From the NCBI GenBank assembly GCA_026025075.1, contig JAPEUI010000088.1, positions 1 through 64,000 of the forward strand: 64,000 bases of DNA. Reading direction: 5' to 3'. Positions 25,235-37,121 of this stretch are shown piece by piece. The notes under the pieces are model-generated. The model was not told the origin of the DNA. It ran no database searches and worked only from the letters and a program-made list of their open reading frames with translations. Numbering within the stretch: position 1 is the first letter of the stretch; each line of letters begins with the position of its first letter. Source of the stretch: Vezdaea acicularis (Eukaryota). A program made the position numbers and the translations under genes.

Positions 25235-27193
25235 ATGAGTGTCCCCGCCTTGCGCCGTGTGCAACACGTTAACCTCCCGGAGCATCAGCGGCGCCACGAT
25301 GCTCCTCCCAGCCCCCCTAAGCCTCTCTCGTCTCTGAAACGGCGTAGTTCGTCAAACTCATCATCGCAGTCGAATCAAGTCCAATGTGGTCGTTGCGGTC
25401 AACTCCAGCCCTCGATGGGCGGTGCAGTCTCCGCAACTTACCGTTGGTGCGGGTTCTGTGGCGCCGTCCTATCAGCTGGCTCACATGCCAAATATACCCC
25501 GCCATATACCGAACCAAAAGTCATCTCACGGCTTGAGAATCTACCCGTGCGCCCCGCGATGCCTGCTCAGCCTACTAGATCGTGGTCTAGTAAGGGTTCG
25601 TCCGCTCCTCCCTTGACTCTTAAGAGGCAGAAGAGCCGGTCGCAGAGTATGCAAGCTGGTACGCAAGTAGTTGCCGAAAGAGCTATCAAACAAAACGAAA
25701 GAAAGACGCAAAGGAAAACTGTTAGGTGGGAAGAAGGTCAACTTGCGAACGTCGCTGCTAGATATCGTCAACAAGAGTCGGGGCAAGGAGATAGTACGCC
25801 GATAGACCCGACGACTCCCTGGCGGAAGTCTCCCTTGGCTTCACCTCCGGTCTCAGGGGAAACTGGCGAAAAGAACGGAAAACGTACTACTTCTCTGAAC
25901 GGGACATCTAGGATGGACATACGCGAACTGTTCATGGAGAGGCCGGCCGACGTGTGGCACCGATCTCCGCCTCAAGTTCCTGAGAGAATGGAAGAAAACA
26001 AAGAAGGACGTAGTACGTCTATGAGCAGCGACACGTTGAAAGTGGGCCTGCCCGTATCTCCGATAGAGAGACCTCAGGGGCCGGGGCGAACATCTCAGTC
26101 ACAACTTGCATCCGCAATGGGGAAACTCGAGCGCTCGAACAGGGTAGCCTCCATCAGAAGAGCCTCAAAAGTCGACTCGCGCGAGCTATCCGACCTCCTA
26201 GCCGCCGCGCGCCGAGCCTCCCAAAACCGGCTCTCACCACCTGTGGAACCAATCCAACGACCCCGCTCCCCACGGCGCATCCACCGCCGCCCCATCCCCT
26301 CCGTCTCAGCCGCCGAAAACCTCGACGAGTCCTACTTCGACGACGCCCTCGTATCCTCTTTCCAATCTGCCCTCCCGCCCCAATCGCACTACATGAGCAG
26401 CGGCCCCTACATTCCCTACAACCCCACTCCCGCTGCCTCAGGCCCGAGCTCAACCGCCTCCACCCCTCCTCTATCCTACCACGCCTTCCCTTCGCCTCCG
26501 ATGACAATGCCGCCCCACTCCTCCACCTCCTCCTTCAGCACCATCTCTGGCCCGCCCTCCCCCCCGACCCCCTCGGCCGCGGAGCTAGCCCCCCTTATCT
26601 ACCCGCTCCCACTCAAACCGAAACCGCGCGCCCCGCCCATGCCCACCGAACCCTCTTTCAACGTCCCGGCAACTGTCCACCCCGAAGAGCCACCATTCAG
26701 CGTCATCGAACCCCCCCTCTTCAACGACCAAGTCCTCAACACCACCAACGCCGCCGCCGCCACCACTCCACCCTCACCACCCCCACCCATCCCCCCCCTC
26801 CGCTCCCGCCACCGCTCCTTCCACCTCCCCTCCCTCCGCACCAGCAGCGGCAGCCCCACCCCACCCGTCCCCGAACTCCCCTCTGTTCTACAACTCCCCC
26901 GCCTCACCTCCCCCACCGAACCAAACTCACCCCTCCCCCTCCCAGACGATATCGAAGACCTCATCAAGAGCTTGTTAGACGCCGTCCCAGGCGGCGACGA
27001 GCAAGCGGACGCCGCGCAGCGAGCGAGAGACGCGGAGGAGAGTAAACGCGGGAGTGACCCCGAGCGAAGCGGGTTCTGGAAGATGGTTAGGGAGGAACTA
27101 TGGGTGGATGATGTCGAGGCCGATGCTGATGCAGTCGACGCTTGGGCTGCCGGGAAGCCGTTGCAGGGTGTGAGCAAGATTGGCGTCGTTTGA
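25235..27193 (+). CDS. Hypothetical intronless Pro/Ser-rich protein with an N-terminal C4 zinc-ribbon-like motif
   Basis: 652-codon ORF. CGRC-x17-CGFC near the N-terminus and RKTVRW further in; the rest is low complexity. No family recognised. Confidence 0.7.
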   Translation: MSVPALRRVQHVNLPEHQRRHDAPPSPPKPLSSLKRRSSSNSSSQSNQVQCGRCGQLQPSMGGAVSATYRWCGFCGAVLSAGSHAKYTPPYTEPKVISRLENLPVRPAMPAQPTRSWSSKGSSAPPLTLKRQKSRSQSMQAGTQVVAERAIKQNERKTQRKTVRWEEGQLANVAARYRQQESGQGDSTPIDPTTPWRKSPLASPPVSGETGEKNGKRTTSLNGTSRMDIRELFMERPADVWHRSPPQVPERMEENKEGRSTSMSSDTLKVGLPVSPIERPQGPGRTSQSQLASAMGKLERSNRVASIRRASKVDSRELSDLLAAARRASQNRLSPPVEPIQRPRSPRRIHRRPIPSVSAAENLDESYFDDALVSSFQSALPPQSHYMSSGPYIPYNPTPAASGPSSTASTPPLSYHAFPSPPMTMPPHSSTSSFSTISGPPSPPTPSAAELAPLIYPLPLKPKPRAPPMPTEPSFNVPATVHPEEPPFSVIEPPLFNDQVLNTTNAAAATTPPSPPPPIPPLRSRHRSFHLPSLRTSSGSPTPPVPELPSVLQLPRLTSPTEPNSPLPLPDDIEDLIKSLLDAVPGGDEQADAAQRARDAEESKRGSDPERSGFWKMVREELWVDDVEADADAVDAWAAGKPLQGVSKIGVV

Positions 27194-27723
27194 CACTTGA
27201 TGCATCAGCGCGGCGTCGTCGTGCAAGTTTTTCTCATTTAGGTCTCGTGCTCTAGAAGGAAAGCAGAGGGAAGGCGGCGGGGCTGGTTTCCCGGGCCTTT
27301 TATTGCCCCCCCTTTTTCTCCCTTTTCACATACTTTTATTCTCGTGAAGCGGCTTTAGCGGGATAGACGGAAACCACTCTTTTAATCCTTTTTTCCCCTT
27401 CTGAACCTCTCCCTCTCTTCAACACCCAACCCTCTTTTTCAATACTCGTCCAGTCCATCCCAATCCCATATCCCCTCCACTCCCTCCCTTTTCGTGAATC
27501 CTTCCGTTTGTCACACCGTAAAAACGCCCCCCCCCCCCATCCCATATTCGTGAGCGTGATTGTTTGTGCGAAGAACGTCTAAAGGGGATGGGGGATCCCC
27601 CTTTCTCTGTTTTTTTCCACAAACCTGTCCGTCCGTCCGTCAAGTGCCCATACGCACTTTATCCACCCCCTCCTCCCCATTAGTCCAGACTTCGTAGAGC
27701 AAACCCTCCCCCCTCCCCTTTCT

Positions 27724-27734
27724 ACATACACACA

Positions 27735-27768
<34 letters not shown>
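27724..27768. repeat. (CA)n microsatellite with two TA interruptions
   Basis: acatacacacacacacatacacacaca... directly visible. Confidence 0.97.
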
Positions 27769-28420
27769 GACGGTAGCAGCAGCAGCGGGGAGCAACCCTA
27801 TCGCATCATCCCACTTCCTCCGTTTCCATCTTGCTTGCGCAGGAGAAGCTTGTGAGGAGAGAAGGCGAGGGTATTACTTAATCGAAGGAGAGAGAGGGGG
27901 GGTTTCACGAGATTTCGGATACGCGACGGTAAGGGACTATGGAACTCCAACAGCAGGATTCACGGCAACTGAGGGGATGCGAGGTCATGAGCGTAGGGTA
28001 GAGAACACAAGTGTAGTCACATATAGAGTTTTCATATTGAAGGATACACATGACGAGGGGGGGGGGAACCATTATTTCTTATTTCTTCAAGGGGTGGTGT
28101 TGGGGTATTAATAAGGTATGTATATGTATATACTAAAACGCGGATCCACCTGAAGCGCGTGACCACGTGAGACTGCTTCGATGATGTGAGTGCGGAGGTA
28201 TAAAGCACAGAACGCCTTCAATGAGTGATTTTTTTTCCTCTTCCAGTCCACCGACCGCTGTACACTTTTCCTCCATCGGTGTATGTCATAAGTAGTATTC
28301 AATCCACCAAACTGCTTTGGGAAAAGAAACGAAACGAAAACAACTCCTCCCTCCGATCCAAATCGTCGCACAGCCGTCACGAGATATTCACACCAAACGA
28401 GCGAACAGAACAAAAAACGT

Positions 28421-29497
28421 CTATGGGCAAGTCTTGGCCGGGTTGGGTGGCGCGCCGCCCTTGGGCCAGACCTCGAGAATGGCGGGGCCGGCGATGATGT
28501 TGTCGTCGGTGGCGCCGGTGGCGGGGTCGTTGCTCTTGGTGAGGGCGACGTAGACCTGGCCAGTGTAGCCGGCGGGGATCGGAGCGGCGTTGGCGCCGGA
28601 GCTGTCGGAGCCGGGGCCGATCTTGTAGTCGTCGCCGGTGGTGCGGACGGGGATGAAGGTCTTGGTCAGGCCGGACCAGAAGACGGCGTAGACTTGGCCC
28701 GAGGAGGGGTAGAGCTTGGCTGCCTTGGCAAAGGTGACGGACGAGCGGCCCTCTTCGTAGTAGTACTGTGGCTTCTTGTTAGGAGTTGCTAAGGTATGAG
28801 AGAGAGTGGGGCAGGTTGGTGGGGCGTACTTGAGAACAGGCGACGGTCAAGACTGGGAAAGCCTTGAATGGCAGACCGGGGTTGCCCGCGGTGATGAACT
28901 GCCCTGCGAGCGAGTAGACATCATTAAAGTCGAGCGGCGTGTCAAACGGCTCTGGGTAGGGGCGCTCTCCGAGCAGGGCGCGGAGATATGCCGAGTGGCG
29001 CGCCTCGACGGTCAAGATGGAGCCAGCTACGGTGAGATATTCCTATGGCGTTCAGCTGGGTTCACATCAGGAGTGCAGATGAGTAGACTGACCTTGTCCG
29101 CAATGAATGGTGCAGCACCGAGGTAGGCAGAGACGCCCACACCCTCGAGCACGCTGGCAAGGGTGATAAAGTCCTTTGGTGTGGTAACACCAAAGGCATA
29201 TGTGAGCTCGGGGGGTGCTGCGCTACCGAGCGCCGCGGTCAAGGCACTGACATGAGTGGTCTCGTCGAACGAGATCTCCTTGAGGTTGGCGTAGAAGGGG
29301 TCGGCGAAGCCAGCAGCGACAAAGGCTGCCTGCGAGTAGTTGGCGAGACCCTCGCGGTAGAACTTGTCCTCGAGATGTTCCAGTGTCAGAGCATACTGTA
29401 GGATCACAGTGTCGGTGATGGCTTGGCGCTTGGATATGGACGGAGCAGCGCTGGCCAGACCGGCCGCAGCCACCGTGAGAGCGGTGGAGTAGCGCAT
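28421..29497 (-). CDS. Secreted ferritin-like-domain protein (Rds1 family), two introns
   Basis: Signal peptide and Kex2-type KR (MRYSTALTVAAAGLASAAPSISKR); ILQYALTLEHLE..FY, DETTHV, LEGVGVSAYLGAA, ILTVEARHSAY; last exon ends NIIAGPAILEVW...CP*. Confidence 0.9.
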
Positions 29498-30798
29498 ATT
29501 ACTTGATAGGAGAGCTTGACAGGACTTGGCTACTGATAGATGACTCTCGACAGCTGACAAGACACTCAACCGGCTGAAGAAACGAGAGATGTGAGATAGA
29601 AATCTATACTGAGAGGGAGAAGACCAAGGAGAACAACTGGGGGTGGCCGGTCTATATAGTCGGGGAGAGGGACAACAGAGAAAGACCCAAGGATCAGAGC
29701 GCTCTGATAGCTCTGCAGGCGCGTCCCGCTAGCTCGAGCTCCATGATGCAGGCGCAACGACGTTCAGGCTGTTCGGGGCAGGATGGCGGCCATGCCCTCC
29801 GCACCAGCACGGAAATCGATCTCGTCGGGCTCGCCAAGAGACTGTGCTGGGATTAGCCCCATTGCGCTTCCCGATGCGGTAGTCACGCTAATGCACGCTC
29901 CCTGTCTAGTGCAGATCATCAGATTCGCCTGCGCTGATTGGTTCACTGGCGACAAGCCGGCGGAAGGGGAGAGAGGACACGCTTAGGGATGCGAGGGGCC
30001 GGACGTATCATGACTACCACGTTCCGGTCAGACGCAGCCAGAGCGAGTGAAACGGAGAGGATTTCGATCAAGTCGTGCTTGATCCGTCTTCAAAGATATC
30101 TCTCGGCCTGTGCAATAGGCCCCTTCATAGAGACAGCGTGTGCGCAAAGCGTGCCCTTGCGCGATCGTGAACTGGATGTTGCCTTGTTGCGCGCCGGGTC
30201 GAGCCTGGCTTCATCCACTAAAGTTGCGTCATTCTCCAGCTCTCCTCGAATCGGCGGAAGCTTTCAGCCGGCACATCCAATCTCCCATGGAATTTGGAGC
30301 TGTCCGCACTGGTTGTCAGGCCGTTTCCAAGCGCAACAGTGGAAGAACTGAACAGCCGGCGAGCTGTCCGTATCCACAAGCGCAGGAGGTGACCAAAACT
30401 CCGCGCGTCACCGTTCGCTGGCTGAAGTCATCGACGGCACCATCGCCAGCACCATCGCCAGCACCATCGTGCCATCGGAACGTTCATTCGATTGCAATCA
30501 AGTGTCTCCCGGACCTTGCTGGCATGGCGTGATGGCCGGTGTTGTTCTGGACCGGGCGCAGGTAAGGGGGACGGGAGCAATTCTGGGTGAACGCGCCCGA
30601 GCTCCCGGGGTGGAGATGAGGACGGAGCCTTGTTGGAGTTAGGCCGGAGCGAGCAGGCCGAATGCGGATGGCGCCATCTGGAACGGCGGCCGAGAGGGCT
30701 GGTCGAGCTTCCTCATGCAGGCCGGCAGCAGCGAGATCCGACGCCACGGCGCAGACGCAAAGCCCGCTCCAAATGACAAAGCGAGCGAGGGCGTGCGG

Positions 30799-30838
30799 GT
30801 GTGGATGAGTGTGGATGAGTGTGGATGAGTGTGGATGA
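30799..30838. repeat. (GTGTGGATGA)4 decamer tandem repeat
   Basis: Four perfect copies in the 3-kb region upstream of the Rds1-like gene. Confidence 0.95.
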
Positions 30839-32497
30839 GGAGGGTGCGGCACCGGGCGCGACTGGTTCGTCGAGGATGTTGCCTGCCCTTGGCGCCGAAT
30901 CCAGCGAACGCGGCCGCGCCCAATGCGGCTTAGCGCCATATAGCGCGACCGTTGATGCCCGCCCCCGCTTCTACCACAGTCCGAGGATCTGTTCAATGCG
31001 CGCGAGGGCCTGCGCAGCCCGCGGTCGACGTCCGATGGATCACACCTTCGACGGACCGGATTAGAGATGAATCTTGATTCCAGCGGCTTCCGGGAGCTAC
31101 GGAGTGGAGCAAAGAAGGTCAGCCATGGGTCAGAAGAGCACCCTCTTTCGTCATGGGCCCATTTGACCTCCAGTGCCAAGGGGATGGGCGCGCGTCCCAT
31201 CCAAGGAGTCCTGGAAAACAGCATCCATCAGCTTACGATGGCGTTGTTGCCAAAGTCATGGCGATGATCAGCCCGCTGGAAAGGTTCGTGAACAGCTCGA
31301 GAATGATCGGTGCTGAGTCCATCAAACCGCCGAGCAAGGCGTACTCCAGTCATGCCAAGCCATTCAAGAGCTCTCGAAATCTGAAAATCTCACGTCCTTC
31401 TAGCCAATCGCTTTTCCCGTGCACACTCCGAGCCAATGGCATGTCCGAACAGTCGTTGTCCGCGATTTGGTATTAAGCTGCCGTTGGCCGTGTTGCTAGT
31501 GCGGCTGTTGAAATTCTCCGGCGTGCGATGGGTGATCGACAAAGCTGACCGCTTGGCACCCTCGTCTCTCCAGGTGTCTTGGCTTTCTCTTGGAGAGAAT
31601 GATCGGCGCCACGACCCCCGCCGAGCGGAATCTCGCTCATCCGAAGCCATGTGGGGAGGCGGAGAACATGGCTGGTCTGATCGTCCATCTGACGGAAGAG
31701 GATGACTTGAAAGGATGAGCAAAGCTTATGGTGAGGAGAAGAGGATGGAGTGCATGAGGCCAGACGGAAATCTCCGCGCGCTTGGTATGCAAGAGCACGT
31801 GAGTTGTCTGCGGGATTCCGAGCCAAGGATCATCCAGGTCAACGTGCGCTACCCGTGAGACCGTGCAGGAACTAATCTTGGAAGGGAGTGATAAACTGAT
31901 GAGAGGAGACATCATGGCACGCTGGGCCCCCGAAGTAAACTGGAGGTAACGTTGTTCTTGCAGCGTGGCGCTCCTCTCGCCTGCTTGCGGCCTTCCATCC
32001 GTCGAGGAACGATGGCAGGCCGCCAGCATGATGATGTTGGTGAGCAGACCCAGCCCCTTCAACGGGGACTTTGGATATCACGGCCCAAATGGTCTCATAT
32101 GCCACAAAGCTCTCTTACGAACTCGAAGATCGATTGCAATCACCACAGCCTCCTCAATTACAAACGCGCCGTCGCGTTCGCAAGCGCTGGCAGAACTCGG
32201 TCGGTGGCGTATCGAAATCCCTGACTACCGGCATGAAGCTTGGGACAACCGAACGCACGCAAAGAGATTGGGTATGACGCCACAGATCCCATCTCCACCC
32301 GCTCGCACGCCCATCGATCGCAGAGATAGTGAGGATTCCTCATGTTGGGATTCCGACTTAATTTCCTTTCTGCACCCTTGACCTTTAACACCATCGTTCA
32401 CCAGACGCCCGGTATATCCGTCCGCCATGCTAGGGCTGGTCAGGAAAGCCTCCAGTGATAGAACACCCGGTGGCCCCCTTTTCCAGGAGGACCCCAG

Positions 32498-34357
32498 CTA
32501 AGGGGCTATGGTGTCTATGCCCTGTGTCATGTGCTCCTTTACTACACTTTTGCCTCTTGCGACCGCAACCAGGCGCTTAAGACCTTCTATGAGAGACTTA
32601 CGGTCATTTGTGAAGCTGATCCTAATCCAGCCAGGCTCCTCAGAGTGAAATTCTTCGCCTGAGCCAACAAAGACTCCTGCTTTGAATATCAACTGGATCA
32701 GAGCCCGCTCTCGCTCGATGCCACTGGAGTACTCCGCAGCCACCTCTGGGAGAAAGGGTGAGAAGTCCTAAGGAGCAAGCGTCAGGCACTGTTCCGTGAA
32801 GAGTCAACCAGTCATAATGAGAGAAAGGCGAATGCTCACGGTCCAAAGGAAGAACCCTGCGTTCTGGCCTCTGTAATAGTTGATGCCCTCATCATCGAAG
32901 AACTTCGTGATGAAGCGGTAGCTGTCCGCTAATTTCTCTCGAGAAAGCTGGAGGAAATCTTCTATCCATTTCTCGTCTTCTAGCATCCCTTCTGCAGCTA
33001 CTGAGGAGGGACCAGTTGCCCACTGGAAGAGACCGAGAGTATAGAGGGCTCTCCTGAGCTCTTCGTTCCTTGTTATTACGCAGCCAAGGCGGATGCCGTT
33101 GGACGCAAAATCCTATCCTTGTTACTCATCTTCCTACTTTCGACCATATGAGGCTGGCTGTCTTATTTACCTTGCTCATTCCGTAGAGGACATGCAGATA
33201 GTTCTTGTCGATCAGGCCCTCTCCCTCGAGTGACAGCACCGATGTGAAAGGCACGACGTCCTTGTTGTCAGTCTCGAAGACCGTCAAACCGTACACTTCA
33301 TCAGACACCAGATGGATATTGTATTTCTGACATAACCGCATGTATGACCTAAGTATATCGCGAGAATAGCACTTTCCTATCAGCATCGATATTAGCTCAT
33401 GTCTTTCACAAAGGGTTTGCCTGCGAGTTCTTGGTCGTCCAGTGCGAACGACGAGATAGAGCGACCCAGGACTCGCACCAGTCGCTTCCTGGTCAGAGAC
33501 GCACCTAGAGGATTATGGGGATTGCATAGCAACAGCATCCGAACGTTGATGCCCCTCTTACGTGCTTCGATCAACTCCTCTTCAAACCTTTCGACGGCAC
33601 CTGGTCCGAATACATCGGCTCCTTTCATAGCCACGTCGATCATCCTATTCCTGTATAATAGAGGTTTTAGCCAGTCTCTCCCCAATGTTTATGGAGTACA
33701 AAATGTGTGTGGTTTTGGAAGCTATAGAGAGCCGCCCCTTTCACGTGTCCAACGTACCCTGCCCTAATAGTAAAGTCCTGGAAGAATGCGCCGTAAATGG
33801 GCCGATTCAATAACAAAGCATCGCCTTCACCAAGCAGCGTGAAACCGAGTGCCTCACTCAGAGCCGTGACCCCACATCCGAATATCACATTATCCTCCTT
33901 TAAAGGAGATGAGGGATGGAAGTACTTGTTCAACAGAGCTGTAAAGCGTTCGCGTAGTTTCGGAGAGCCCCATGGACCAGTGCCATAGCCAATTGCGGGA
34001 GGAGTGATATGGAACTGGATATAGAAGCTTTAGATGCATTGTCACATCTCCATGGAGGATACAATCGTGGTCGGACAACCATTTTGAGTGAAATAGGATA
34101 TTTACAGTTTCATTTAGCTTCTTAGCAAGAATATCCTTCATAAGATACTATGATGCATTAGCTAAAGCCGTACGCATTCTATCCACAGAGCTGTTGACGG
34201 TTCGAACTGTGCATACATTTTCAGCCACCCCGAGGTTTATGTACCCGTCCGGGTTCGTTTTCGGATCCCACGTGTCACTTGTCATGTGAATGAGCATCTC
34301 CATCTTCTTCCCCAGCGCAACACTCGCAGCGGCCCGTGGGGCCAGAGTAGAGGACAT
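32498..34357 (-). CDS. PLP-dependent class I/II aminotransferase, ACC-synthase-like, six introns
   Basis: NPDGYINLGVAEN, LLCNPHNPLG, HLVSDEVY, LYGMSKDFASNGIRLG (PLP lysine), NAGFFLW and EPGWIRISF. All exons join in frame. Confidence 0.9.
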
Positions 34358-35345
34358 TGAGGTAGAGCTATTGCTGATCCGCATAGCGCAATTGGTTTGT
34401 GAAGAAGATCTGTACCTCTTGCCTTTCACTGTAAACTTTTTTCGGATTCGAGGCTTTATTAAGCGTGTCGTGCGATGACGAATAGTGGGGTAGTGGGGTA
34501 GTGACCTTTGGCAAGTCAAAGGGCGTCTTGGAGTGAAAGTGCCGCGTGTATCGGCATGTTTCTTGTCTGCTATATATCCGCCATCGGGATCTATTTTGGG
34601 GGCCATTGCTGCTTTGGAATGATGTCAATGAACTGGTCCGTAGTTCTCCGTTGACGGCACAACCTCGTCCGCACAGTCCAGATATGCCATAGTCTTGGTC
34701 AACCGGGCGAAAACTGGGTCATGATAGGTCCCTCACAGTGTTCACCTTTCCGGCTGGTTGCTATAACTAGGGTTCTTTTATGTATGTGGGGGTCACGCTT
34801 TCAAGTTTGTCTCATCAAGGGTGCCGGAATCGCACGCAATGCCCCAACCTTTCTGAAGGCGCCTTTTTAAAGCGGTGTCAAACTTTCTACGTATATCACT
34901 GCTATCGTAGCTTGCAGTAATAGGCCGAAGACATCCGACGTACAAGTTGCAACGAGTTTGGCAGCCGCTATTTTGCCTGTCAGCTTTGATGGGATAGCGT
35001 ATCGGTGTAACGATTCATCAGATCGCTATGTGTCAACGGATAATCTGTTATCGTATACCTCTTGCTCCTTAAGATGGAACCCTTGATGCCTGTTTAGTAT
35101 TTACGTCTTGTCATTGTTATTTAAGCTACTGAGGCTACTCAATTTGGAACGAAACTACCTACGTCGGCAAAAGCTTGGTACAGCAAGCTGTATGCAGAGT
35201 ACACCCACTCATCATACAAAGCTCATAATGCAGAAAAGCAAAGTTCAAAGACCACGTGCTTACGATAGTTCTGCAGATTTCCCAATGTACCCTAGACATG
35301 CATGCCTAAAGAAGCCAAGCCAAGCCAAGAAGAACAAGAACAGAA

Positions 35346-36398
35346 TTAGCCCTGCTGCTGTCTCCGCCTCTTGCCAACTTGTGCAGTGAAACCAGTCTTA
35401 ATGCCTGTAACACTCCTTCTACTCCCACAAGAATTGCATGTGACGAAGTAGAGACGATTCTCTCCCTTGTTCAGCTCAGTATCTGGAGACCGGCAGGTTT
35501 TGCAGGTAACGTATTCCACTGCAGATGTATTAGTCGCGATACTCGATATCTTCTGTTGAGATGGAAGGAACCTACTGATATATCGTTTCAAGACGTTCTC
35601 AATCTGCTTCTGTTGGAATCGGCCTTTGATGACTAGACGCCTACTTCCGTCAACGCTACCACTCGTACCCAGCTCAGCGAACAAGAACTGTGTGACGTGC
35701 TCCTCGCTCCTCTTCATACGCTTGCAGATATCTGGAATGTTCGCGAAGATAGTCTTCTTGTTTCCTTCACGTAGACACTGTGGTGGCGGAATCTTGTAAC
35801 TCTTGCTTCCACTGCTTGCGAGATCTGGGTGATGGCTGTGGAGCAGGGTGAAGAATCGTGAGAGAAGTTGTTCATATTTGATCGGCTTGGTGGCATCATG
35901 AGCCCAGATCCCAGTACCCTTCTCCATGTCGCCCTCTTCCACGACAACCTCTTCACCTGCGCCAGTGCCCGCTTCGCCCTCGTCCGCCACACCAGCCTCA
36001 GCCAGCTTGGCCTCGAAGTCGTCGCCATCAGCTGTCTTCGTTGGCTTCTTCTTCTTCTTTTTCTTCAGTGCAGAGGCATCAAAATCTCCATCTGCTGCTG
36101 GAGTGGCGTCACCTTCTGCAGCTTCGCCATCTTTTGGCTTCTTCTTTTTCTTCTTGGTGAGGCCTTTGAACATGTCCGCTGTATCTGCAGATTCTGCGGG
36201 CTCTACGACACATCAGTCTCACGACAATTTACGAATTTGGAGATCAGGACACTCACCAGTTGAGTGCGACTCTGCAGTGGCATTGTCGTGTGTCCCGTTT
36301 GTCTCCTCGATCTCGCCATTCCCGTGAACAACGGTTGTGCCCTCGCTGAAGTTCACTGATTTCCTTGCTGGCCTTTCTGGCAAAGCGACGTCGGCCAT
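35346..36398 (-). CDS. SUI3: Translation initiation factor eIF2 beta subunit, two introns
   Basis: Poly-lysine boxes, [25 protein letters not shown] and the C2-C2 finger CKTC...CNSC. The second intron is 35519-35575. Confidence 0.97.
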
Positions 36399-37121
36399 GA
36401 TTGCGAGATTGGATCGATGCTGTCCTAGTGTAGGCTGGGAATGTGGCGGGAATGCTGTCGCGGGGTTGTTTTATACCTCAAAAGTTCTGACTCAGGTTAT
36501 TCTAGAAATCGTTAGTTCGCACGTGATGTCAATGTAGTCCAATGAACCTCAACGCAGCATTTGATAATCTAATTCTAGACTACGACCCTTTATTTAGGTT
36601 TCTCTCCTACCGCTTGAGAATGGGTTAAAGCTCGAACGCGTTGTATAAATTAGGTCTGAGGCAGGCGAGTCGCCGTTCAGTATTCTCTTCAACTGGAACT
36701 CAAGTTTGATGCCCAGAAGCTGGGCGCCGGTGTCGTATTCGGGTATATATGTTTGCCTATCACCAACTCTCTTGCAGTAGTCTTTATGGCTTTCATAAAT
36801 TCAGTAAATTCACGCCTTATCTATCACTATTTTATTTGGCACTAATGAATACCTTGTGGCGAAAATAGAAGCCCAGGCGTAGACATCTGGGCTTTGAGTA
36901 CATCTCCCAATCAGGTTCCGGCATCCCAAACCGTCCTAGCGCGAAGTTTACCAGGTCCCCAAGAAACTCTCATCCCAAAATACCGTCACCATATCCACAT
37001 CTTCCACCCCAGCGACCTCCACACTTGCTATATCTCTATCGCCCAGCCAGATGGTTTAGCCAGCTGCGCGGTTCCTTCCGCCCTCCCCACAAACCCTCAA
37101 ACCTTTCAATATCCACGCAGA

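Noticed and set aside
30484..31224. 246-aa minus-strand ORF with a His-Pro repeat
   Set aside because: The repeat comes from the decamer microsatellite, the start is non-ATG and there are no domain features.
16381..34357. ACC-synthase-like gene plus MtnX-like phosphatase as an ethylene or methionine-salvage cluster
   Set aside because: They are 15 kb apart with unrelated genes between, and the HAD enzyme fits the Pyp1/YNL010W-type group equally well.
34358..34606. In-frame upstream extension of the aminotransferase ORF
   Set aside because: It spans a TATA-like element at about 34571-34577 and lacks family similarity. The ATG at 34357 fits better.
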